64,000 nucleotides of DNA from Candidatus Poribacteria bacterium (GTDB lineage Bacteria; Poribacteria; WGA-4E; WGA-3G). Below the pieces are notes generated by a model, which had not been told where the DNA came from, did not search any database, and saw only the letters and a program-made list of their open reading frames with translations. Position 1 is the stretch's first letter. The number at the start of each line of letters is the position of its first letter. Below are positions 50,913 through 60,509 of this stretch, piece after piece. The stretch is from assembly GCA_965205025.1 (NCBI GenBank), contig CBDBFU010000028.1, forward strand, positions 64,001 to 128,000, in the 5' to 3' direction. The position numbers and the translations under genes are program-made.

Positions 50913-52808
50913 ATGAAGATAATAAGGACATTAATAATTACTTTTACACTAATTCCTATGTTATATTGTATCTGTGTCTATGCTCAAGGATTAGAAGAGA
51001 TCAGTTTACCTGATGGTGCCAAAGCAAGAATTGGCAATGGTAGAGCAATGAAGGTCAAATACTTTCCGGATGGTACTCGAATTGCAATCGCATGTTCTAT
51101 AGGTATATGGATTTATGATTTACAAACGGAAGAAACGATAGATCTTCTCACAGGTCACACAGGTCCTGTCAATTCATTAGTTTTCAACCCTGATGGGAGT
51201 ATGTTTGCTACTGCCAGTGACGATAATACCGTTGTGTTATGGGATTCGAATACAGGAGAAAATTTACGAAGACTTAGGGGGCATGGTGATGACGTTAATG
51301 ATGTTTCTTTTAACCCTGACGGACAGATACTTGCAACAGCAAGTGATGATAACTCGGTCGGATTATGGAATATAAAAACAGGAGAAAAGATTAAGGATAT
51401 ACGAGGACATTCAGATAACGTACTTGCACTGATGTATTCAATGGATGGATCTATAATTGCAAGTGGTTCTTATGGGAACGGTGATACTGTTTGTATATCA
51501 AATCCAACTTCAGCTGAAGTTTTACACCAAATTTCTGACGAACAATATGGTATACAAGATGTTGAATCGGTGGATTTCTTAAAGGGCAGTACTCTATTTG
51601 CAGTAGCAAGTTATGAGAAAATAAGTCTAATAGATGGAATTACAGGAAAACTGATGAGTACTTGTCACGTGGAAAGTTGGATGGATCAAATATATTCAGT
51701 TGAGTTTGCTCCTGACGGAAAGACACTTGCAAGTGGTACTGGCAACAATGGAGTATGTATTTGGGATGTTGCCACAGGAGAATTATTACAAGAACTTGGA
51801 ACAGACGATTCAGTTATTTCTGTGACCTATTCTGCAGATGGAAATACGCTTATAAGTGTAACCGAAGATGGGATCATACACTTTTGGGATTTGAATAATG
51901 AAAAACTCACGAATACGATTACAGATTTTTCGTTTTATATATATTCAATGGTGTTTTCATCCGATGGAAAAACACTTGTCTGTGGAAATAAGTCAAAGAT
52001 ATCTATCTGGAATCCTGAAACATTAGAAATTATAAAAACTATTCGCGGACAAAAAGGTCAAGTCACATCACTTGCATTTTTACCAGATGAAAAAGTACTG
52101 GCTTCATCAGATTCTAACAATAGTCGTTTATGGGATATAAAAACTGGAAGATTCCTCGGGAGTTTTAAAGGTCATACAAACACAGTTAAATCAATCGCAA
52201 TTTCTCCTGATGGAAAAATGTTAGCAAGCGGGAGTCAAGATAGCTCAATTAGACTATGGGAGATTCGCACCAATAATCAATATATGATTGGGGATCAAAT
52301 AGCAATATTGAAAGACCATACAAGGAGAATTACCTCCGTAACATTGTCACCAGATGGCAGTACACTTCTAAGTGGGAGTTTTGATAATTCTCTTATGTTA
52401 TGGGATGTTGAAAATAGAAAACTCTTAAAAACATTGAATGAACACAAAGATATAGTCGATTCAGTAGCATTCTCACCAGATGGAAATACATTTGCAAGTG
52501 GGGATCGAGGCGGACGGGTGTGTTTATGGGATAGTAAGACACAAGAACTCATAAGGACTATTAGGGCACCAACCTATTGGGTAGATTGCATTACATATTC
52601 ACCTGATGGAATGTTTCTCTCATTTGGGAGTGATGACCTTGTAAATGTGTATGACTTGAAGTTAGAAGTAATTATAAACACCTTCCGTGGACATACCAAT
52701 TTGGTGAATAGTCTCGTCTATTCCCCAGATGGAAGAATACTTGCCAGTAGCTGCCGGGATGGAAGCATACTGTTATGGGATCTATCAAAATTGGTTGATG
52801 ATAAGTAG
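50913..52808 (+). CDS. Secreted WD40-repeat protein (paralog of 31333)
   Basis: Signal peptide, SLPDGAKARIGNG cap; shares GRFLGSFKGHT..IRLWEIR..IGD with 31333. Confidence 0.92.
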   Translation: MKIIRTLIITFTLIPMLYCICVYAQGLEEISLPDGAKARIGNGRAMKVKYFPDGTRIAIACSIGIWIYDLQTEETIDLLTGHTGPVNSLVFNPDGSMFATASDDNTVVLWDSNTGENLRRLRGHGDDVNDVSFNPDGQILATASDDNSVGLWNIKTGEKIKDIRGHSDNVLALMYSMDGSIIASGSYGNGDTVCISNPTSAEVLHQISDEQYGIQDVESVDFLKGSTLFAVASYEKISLIDGITGKLMSTCHVESWMDQIYSVEFAPDGKTLASGTGNNGVCIWDVATGELLQELGTDDSVISVTYSADGNTLISVTEDGIIHFWDLNNEKLTNTITDFSFYIYSMVFSSDGKTLVCGNKSKISIWNPETLEIIKTIRGQKGQVTSLAFLPDEKVLASSDSNNSRLWDIKTGRFLGSFKGHTNTVKSIAISPDGKMLASGSQDSSIRLWEIRTNNQYMIGDQIAILKDHTRRITSVTLSPDGSTLLSGSFDNSLMLWDVENRKLLKTLNEHKDIVDSVAFSPDGNTFASGDRGGRVCLWDSKTQELIRTIRAPTYWVDCITYSPDGMFLSFGSDDLVNVYDLKLEVIINTFRGHTNLVNSLVYSPDGRILASSCRDGSILLWDLSKLVDDK

Positions 52809-52864
52809 GGATAGTCCACGTTTAGAATTCACTTTTTCCAAAACCTGCAATTTTTTTTATTTTT

Positions 52865-52892
52865 TGCACCCTTTTTTGTCCTTAATTGTATC
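52865..52892 (+). promoter_or_regulatory. Variant ECF-type promoter
   Basis: TGCACC-N18-TATC, same -35 and spacing as the module at 44096/47095/62867. Confidence 0.45.
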
Positions 52893-52987
52893 TTTATACT
52901 TTTAAAGAGTAAGTTTGGCTACAATTAACAAATTTCGGTCTATTTATTCATAATTGACTTTATACCAGATCTAATGGAGTTTTTCTG

Positions 52988-55713
52988 ATGGTAGATGAAG
53001 ATGTTCAACTAATTAATAGAATTTTATCAGGTGATGACGACGCTTTTTCCACATTAGTTGAAAAGTATCAAAAAGGAATTCATGCTTTTGCATGGCGGAG
53101 GATTGGGGATTATCACTATGCTGAAGAAATTACTCAAGATACTTTCGTGCAAGTCTATAAAAACCTTTCGTCACTCAGAAATCCTTATCAGTTTGCGGGA
53201 TGGTTATATGTGATTGCTAATCGCCTATGTCTTAAGTGGTTACAAAAGAAAAAAATGAACGTTCAATCGTTAGAGGACACACCCATGGCAGAAATAGAAC
53301 AATATTCATATAACAAGTATATATTGGAAGAGCGAAAGACGAATGCCAGAGAAAGTGGTCTTGAGATAGTTAAGAAACTTCTGGATAAACTTCCTGAAAG
53401 TGAACAAACTGTCACAACCCTTTACTATTTAGGTGAAATGACAGCAAAAGAGATAAGTAAGTTCTTAGGCGTGTCGGTAAACACGATTAAGAGTAGACTT
53501 CGCCGAGCGCGCATTCGTTTACAGGAAGAAGAACTACCGTCTGAAGAAATATTGAACTCTGTTCAATTCTCTACCAATCTTAGTGAAAACATCCTACAGC
53601 GAGTTGTTGATATAAAACCGACTCCGATTCCAAGTGCAAAGCCAACACTTCCATGGGTAGTTTTCAGTGTTGCTACCTTTTTAGTTATGTTATTAGGTGT
53701 TTCCAATCAATACTTTGATCATTTCCAAAAACCTTATAGTTTTGACACACAATCTGAACAGACAGTTGAAATTACTGATGCCCATGTTTTTCTTGACACA
53801 GATGTAAGACCCTCTAATCTAAATCAAGTAGGACGAACTGATACTGATGGCAATAACAGTGGTATCAGTGTTCAAGATTCTGACTCGGTTATAGCGTCTG
53901 ATGAACAGGATTGGCACTTGCGAGGCTTACCCGTAGGTGTGAAAGCACGGATCGGTAAAGGCTTCATAACTGGAAGAATCTCGATTTCAACTGATGAAAA
54001 ACGTATGGCGATACCGTGTAGTATCGGTATTTGGATATATGACACAGAAACAGATAAAGTACTTGATCTAATCACAGGACATTCTAATTGGTATAGGAAC
54101 GTTGCGTTTAGTCCAGACGATATCCTGTTGGCGAGTGTGCGGGGGATAAAGTAGTACATATGTGGGATGCACGCACAGGTACTGAACTTTGGACCATGCA
54201 AGGTCATAAGGACATAACAAAGGACGTGGTATTCAGTCCGGATGGTTCACTATTAGCAAGTGGAAGTGAAGACGAAACCATCCGTCTATGGGATGTGCGA
54301 ACCGGCACACATATTAGGACGTTAATTGGACACATTAGAGGTGTAACAAGCATTGCATTCAGTTCAAACGGTGAAACGTTAGCGAGTGGCAGTGACGACA
54401 AAACTTTACGGTTGTGGGATGTGCATACAGGGGCATTAGTGCAGACAATCAGGGGATATGAAACTGCTGGAATAAATTCCGTTGCGTTTAGTCCGGATGG
54501 TAGGACAATTGCGAGTGCAAGTGATCACAATACCTTTCATCTATATGACGTACAGACAGGTAAATTACGCTACAAGTTGGTAGGAAATAATGGCTCAGAT
54601 GTCCATACGGGTATTGATTTTGTTAACTTTAGTCCAGATGGGTCAAAATTGGCAACTGCAAATCGAGATCGTACAATACGTCTGTGGGATGCACATACGG
54701 GGGATTTGATACAGGTGCTCAATGGACACAGGTCACATGTTCTCAGCGTTGTATTTAGTCAAGACGGTAAAACGTTGATAAGCAGTAGCAGAGACAACAC
54801 CGTGCGGTTGTGGGATGTAGATACTGGAGAAGAACTACGTAAGATGGTAGATCATATGCGGGGTTTACGTAATGTAGCGTTCAGTCCGGATGGGAAAACA
54901 CTTGCAAGCTGTACTTGGGGCAATAACGTTCGGTTATGGGATGTGCAAACGTGTTCACTGCTTCAGTCACTGGAGGGACATACCAAGTCTGTAACAAACG
55001 TTGCGTTCAGTCCGGATGGACAGACATTAGCGAGTAGCAGTTGGGACAATACCGTTCGTTTATGGGATATAAAAACGGGCATTTCGCTTCCACCTCTGGT
55101 TGGACATAATAAAGGGGTCATGAGCATTAACTTTAGTCCGAATAGCAATACTCTTGCAAGTGGCAATTATGATGGCACCATCTATTTGTGGGATACGCAA
55201 ACAGGTAAACGGAAGTATACGATGACAGCGAGAAATTGGGTCAATAGCGTTGCGTTCAGTCCAGATGGTTCTGTACTTGCAAGTGGTAGCTGGGACAATA
55301 CTGTGCGTACGTGGGATGTGAATACCGGCACATCGCTTTTGACATTGGATACAAATCAGAATGTCAATTCTGTCGTGTTTAGTCCGGACGGGAAGATGCT
55401 TGCATCTGGAGATCATAACAGCACCTTGCATCTATGGGACGCTTTATCGGGTGAACCGCTTTGGACGTTGGCGGAACAACGAGGAAGGATCAATAGTATA
55501 GATTTCAGTCCGAATGGAAAAATACTGGCAAGTGGAGGTGATGATGGCACTGTGCTGTTGTGTGATGTACTCACTGGCACTCCTTTTCGGACACTTAATA
55601 AACATCGAGGTCCTGTTGATAGCGTTATGTTCAGTCCGGATGGTAAAACATTGGCGAGTGCAAGTGGTTGCACCGTATTGCTGTGGGAAATTAGATCTGA
55701 TACGGTGAATTAG
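52988..55713 (+). CDS. ECF sigma - TM helix - WD40 fusion, split by a 1-nt frameshift near 54135-54145 (ORFs 52988..54154 and 54160..55713)
   Basis: Sigma2/sigma4, TM LPWVVFSVATFLVMLLGV, GLPVGVKARIGKG cap. The first blade continues in the -1 frame as GDKVVHMWD. Confidence 0.85.
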
Positions 55714-55748
55714 GTTTGTTGGACAGATTCGCCACTACTACTCATCTA

Positions 55749-56020
55749 ATACCATTTATAGTAATTAAGTCTCATTAATTGAATTTCTTTAATGTAGCAC
55801 AAACTTCATGAAGATTAAGTAAATATTTCGGTAATTCTAATTTTCCCAAACCCGGTAGGTGCGGTTTCCTAACCACGGGGAATGCTAAATAGCATTCATA
55901 CCGTTGATTCGAATTTCTAACACATTACCGAATTATTATTTTAATCTTCATCCAGTTTGTGTAGGATTTTAAGACATAAATAACACCTAATCATGGAAGA
56001 ATCATTTATAGAGATGGTAT
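55749..56020. mobile_element. Nested MITE/REP composite element
   Basis: Outer ATACCATTT/GATGGTAT ends. A GTAGCACAAACT..AGTTTGTG hairpin is split by an element with TIRs ATGAAGATTAA (55808) / TTAATCTTCAT (55951). Confidence 0.7.
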
Positions 56021-56246
56021 AAGTTGACAGATTACAAGATTTGGACGAATAAGCATAGCAAAACTGATTTTTGACATTCTGCAAGTTGTCTACACCGAAA
56101 TTGTATTCATAAAGAGAATAATCGCTGGCTATGACTACATTCGAGTTTGAAAGTATTATTATTTCTTATCGCAACAAATATAGAAAAACTATATAGTGAT
56201 AAGTAGCAACTTAGGTTACCATACATCCAAATGGAGGAATTCAACT

Positions 56247-57099
56247 ATGAAAAACTCTTTATTCGTTATCATACTAACCATATTATTCTCTATAGTAATA
56301 TCCAATCTAACCTCAGCAGAGATTGTCATAGACGGACTCGTAAGCTATTGGACATTTGACAAAAACGATATAATCAATAGAACATTAAAAGACGTATGGG
56401 GTGAAAACAACGCAACAATACACGGAGACCCTAATACCGCTACAGGCATAGCTGGAGAAGCACTCAAATTCGATGGCAGAGGCGATTACATTGATCTAAC
56501 AACACTCGGTGATTTTGGAGGGCAGTTAGGGAAATCCACCTTTGAAGCTTGGATAAAAACTACCAACACAACTGATTGGATGACGCTTATAAATACAAAT
56601 GGACATCTGTGTCCTAATTGGGGAATTCAAATAAACGCGAGAAAAACTAAAAATGCTCTTTGTTAGGGCGGAAAGGATGCTTTCCTTCAACCATAGTCTA
56701 ACAGATGGAAAACAGTGCTTTCCAATTGTTCTCGGTGATTATTCACCTGTATTCGATGGGAAATGGCATCATATCGTCTACATACTGGATTTTGAGATAA
56801 ATGAAGCAGGTGGACGCGGGAACGAAAGGGTCTATATTGATTCTATCCGAAGACCAAGGTCAACAGCAAATGTTCAGGAAGAATTTGGCTTTTTCCCCTT
56901 CACTGCTCCTGTCTATCTTGGTGCAAGAAAAATCGATGATACAGCATACAGTTTCTTTAAGGGATACATAGATGAAGTCCGTTTATATGATCGTCCTCTC
57001 ACAGAAAATCAAGTCATCAAAAACTACAATTCAAGAACACCTTACAACGTCGAACCTAAAGAGAAATTGACAATCCTTTGGGGCAAACTCAAACAGTAA
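56247..57099 (+). CDS. Secreted LamG-like (concanavalin-A fold) protein with C-terminal motif, frameshifted (+1) near 56642-56662
   Basis: Signal peptide, GLVSYWTFD, ALKFDG..DY, TFEAWIK | WHHIV, FKGYIDEVRLYDRPL, VEPKEKLTILWGKLKQ. Confidence 0.82.
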
Positions 57100-57193
57100 T
57101 CAGAAATATTTAGTAGTGTAAACTGTTAATTTGCGTGCTAAGATTCACAAAATGTAATATTAAAAAACTTCAATTTGGAGAATATATTTTATT

Positions 57194-58034
57194 ATGAAAA
57201 TATTGAAAAGATGTATTATTTTTGTCCACATAACTATTTTGACATTACTAATGTCTATAAGTATATCTATATGTTCCTTTGCACAAGGAAAGGTAAATGT
57301 TAAAGGGGGACCTATTCCCGAAGTAGAATGGATGGTAAATGTCGCTGGAGAGTCCGTTAAACGAGGATCATTCTAATGTTGACACTTGGATTACCAAGTG
57401 GTATGGACCGGATGGTAATTATGAAAACAACGGAGGATTTATTAAGAGTGCCCCATTAGACCTAATTGAAGAAGGGACTGATGGAAAATTAGACCAACTT
57501 ATACTTTCCACAGTTACAGGATTGAATAAAACCAAATCTGTTGATATCAATTGGCCACTTAATGGCGGAAAACGAGATTGGACAGTCTTCGAAATTAACC
57601 CCGATAGTGCAAATAATATTTGGAAAGAAGGTGGCGGAGCCAATAATTTTGACACATACGCAATTTGTGTTATAGACGCACCGAAAAATATGAAATCTGT
57701 TATGTCTCCTGCTCATGATGATCATGCACAAATATGGATAAATGGTGAAAAATGGTATAATCATTCGCAATGGACTGGTGGAACGACACGAGTTAACTAC
57801 AATATTGAAGTTGAATTGAATAAGGGTGCAAATATACTCTTATTTAGGTGTGGAGAAGGAGGGGGTAGTGCATACCTAAACCTTCACTTTGACGACGCAA
57901 CTCACGATGCCGTTGATATTTACCCAGATCAGGCAGATGACAAAATTAGTTTCTTCAAAGAGATATTTGGAGCATTATCAATTGAACCAATTGATAAACT
58001 AACAACAATATGGGCAGATATTAAACGGAGATAA
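57194..58034 (+). CDS. Secreted beta-sandwich protein of unknown function with C-terminal motif, frameshifted (+1) near 57359
   Basis: Signal peptide. Removing one A gives AGESVNEDHSNVDTW. HDDHAQIWING and LNKGANILLFR; ends IEPIDKLTTIWADIKRR. Confidence 0.75.
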
Positions 58035-58145
58035 ACTATATTAACCTGAGTTTGAAATAGAATTCAATTTTAAAATATTGTGTATACTATGTGATAATTA
58101 TGATACCATTTATCATAAATATCCAACTTTAGAAGGAGGTTATTG

Positions 58146-59061
58146 ATGTTTGTCAACTTTAAACTCTTATTAAGCGTAATGCTACTACTCAGCTACGTTG
58201 TCCCTGTCTTTGCTTTTGAGCCTTCTGGCGGTGTTTTGTTGCTGGATGGTGAGGATGACTATGCCATACTCCCCTTTGCGGAACATGGAATATATTATCC
58301 CTGAAGGTACCCGTGAGTTTACGGTGGAGGCTTGGGTCTATCCAAAAGCTGAACCGAAGGAAAAAGATAATGACCTCATTCTTAGTCAGCAAGTTGTCTT
58401 CAGGATGATCGCAAGGGACAGGTGCAGACCTAAAAAGAATCAATTTTGCAGTACTCGGTATGCATATCTTTCAAGAGAAGGGGCTCACGGAATCGCAGGA
58501 ATAGATGATGCAATAGAGAAAGATCAATGGAACTATATAGCAATCATCTTCAAGAATAGCACACTTTATCATGTGACAAACGATCAAATTACTGGAGGCA
58601 GACAATTGGTTTTTGCAAATAGAGTGTCTTCAAATATTCGTAGACCTGAAGGGGTTGAAGCCTTTGTCGTAGGCGGATTTGATGAAGATAAGGAAATGTT
58701 TGATCGTCATGGACAATTGTTATTTCAAGTGAGTTGGTTTCAAGGGGCAATTGATGCTATAAGGTTTTCAAATATCGCCCGATATGATTTACCTAATGAG
58801 CCTGGAATCCATCCGTTTATTCCACCGCAACGCCTCTTTAGTGATCCGCACACGTTAGCATTTTGGGACTTCAATGACAAAGAAGGTGAAACGGTCTTTC
58901 AAGATGAATCGGGAAATGGAAATACGTTAGTTGGCATGAATGGTGCTATGACGATTGGTGGAGCTGGTGTTAATCTTATTCGTGATACCGATGATGGACT
59001 GGATGTTCGTCCAAACAACTCTTTAACAACGACATGGGGACAGATAAAATTGAGGGAATAG
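58146..59061 (+). CDS. Secreted LamG-like protein with C-terminal motif, frameshifted (+1) near 58289
   Basis: AGGAGG RBS; MFVNFKLLLSVMLLLSYVVPVFA signal; LLLDGEDDYA | FTVEAWVY, FQGAIDAIRFSNIARY, TLAFWDFN; ends SLTTTWGQIKLRE. Confidence 0.8.
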
Positions 59062-59314
59062 TTATACTAAAACGAAAACTAACGTGAGTTTGAAAAATAG
59101 TTAGACTTCCACATTTCCACTTAAAGTCCACCTGTTAAGGGGGACTTAGGGGTTAAAAGACAAATAAACTATTTAATTGTCAGATTTTTTGACTAAAATC
59201 TCCTATTTTCTACACAAACTGCGTAAGTCCTGATCATATTACATTCCAATTGCTGTGATAATACCGAATCAAATTACCTGAAAATCCACTATTCTAATTC
59301 ATATTAATCAATAA

Positions 59315-60133
59315 ATGAAGTATTTATTTTCTTTTATTTTATGCTTGATGCTTCTATCTCAAATTTCAATTTCTGGGACTTATGTTGATACATTTGAGGA
59401 TCGTAGATTGTCAGATTGGAAAGAGATTAACGTAAATGACTCTCGACCTGTCAACTGGAAAGTATCCAATGGAGAAGTCCGTGTAGAAAGTAAAGATAGC
59501 AATACTCGGATACTCGTTCTAAAAGATATAGAATGGACAAATTATGAGGTGGGAGTTGAGTGTGATGCCTCTTAAAAGACATGGACACGGACACATTGTT
59601 CTGGCTTCAAGAGTCACACCAACCAGAGCCATTGTTTTTACTATAGGCGATATATTCTGGAACGCTCCAATATCAATCGCTACAGGAACGATTCTCAACT
59701 TGGAAAATGGAGGATTAGAGGGAACTCCGTTGCAGTTCGCTAAGATACGGAATCTTCAAAATGGCAATAAGCAACAAGTAAAGATTGATGAACTATTACG
59801 GGTTGGGGTAGATCTGCCTTGTAATAATGTACATCCATATCCATTTCTAAAAACACATGAGTGGACACATCTAAAACTAATGGTCAGTGGCGACCTATTT
59901 ATGCTCTGGGTAAATGAGGAATTAGTTCTAAATACAAAATGTAATTTGCACATTTGGCATTTCTGAAAGGTGACCTTGTCACTGGAAGCATCGGTTTTGG
60001 CATAGCAGGATATACTGCTCTATTTGACAATTTTGTGGCTTCAGGTGAGGAAATACCCAACCAAGGTAGATTGTCCGTCCAACCACAAGAGAAACTTGGA
60101 CTCACATGGGGAAAATTAAAAGTGGGTCAATGA
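59315..60133 (+). CDS. Secreted protein (DUF1080/LamG-like fold) with C-terminal motif, two frameshifts (near 59551 and 59945)
   Basis: Signal peptide, TYVDTFED, WTNYEV|ELSVMPLKRHG, WTHLKL..LWVN | GSIGFGIAGYTALFDNFV..SVQPQEKLGLTWGKLKVGQ*. Confidence 0.75.
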
Positions 60134-60230
60134 TTATCTTTAATAACCTACCTATCTAATCTTACCTGACAGATATTATGTAGTCTATCAATCCAACGAT
60201 GGACTGGAATCCTATATTTGCCATTTATTT

Positions 60231-60382
60231 ATAGAAGGTGTCAACAGCAGAGAATCTCGTCACTTTCTGAGAACACACCACATGTGCTATAATGTTAGGT
60301 GTATTTAACAGGATAGCACTCAATTAACCAGCGGTGGACATATAGGTACGATCTGCCTTTGGGATTTGAAATAGTTTATTAG
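60231..60382 (+). pseudogene. Decayed 3' end of a WDLKPYL-type WD40 gene
   Basis: Aligns by eye to the last ~150 nt of gene 60510 (KVSTAENLVTF*EHTT..QDSTQLTSGGHIGTICLWDLK*). Confidence 0.7.
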
Positions 60383-60509
60383 TTCTGTACTTTACTCTCG
60401 CGAATCATCTATAGCATTTTAATCCTACATGTATTGCCAAACTCCAAAAGTCAATTTCGCATAACATATCTGAGTGCAAAGTTACTAAGACAATTTCCTT
60501 ATGTCATAA

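Noticed and set aside
54152-54162. Stop-codon readthrough joining 52988 and 54160
   Set aside because: The two ORFs are in different frames; a 1-nt indel, not readthrough, explains the break.
58198-58288. ORF-track N-terminus MSLSLLLSLLAVFCCW
   Set aside because: Wrong frame; the RBS, signal peptide and LDGEDDY motif are in the frame starting at 58146.
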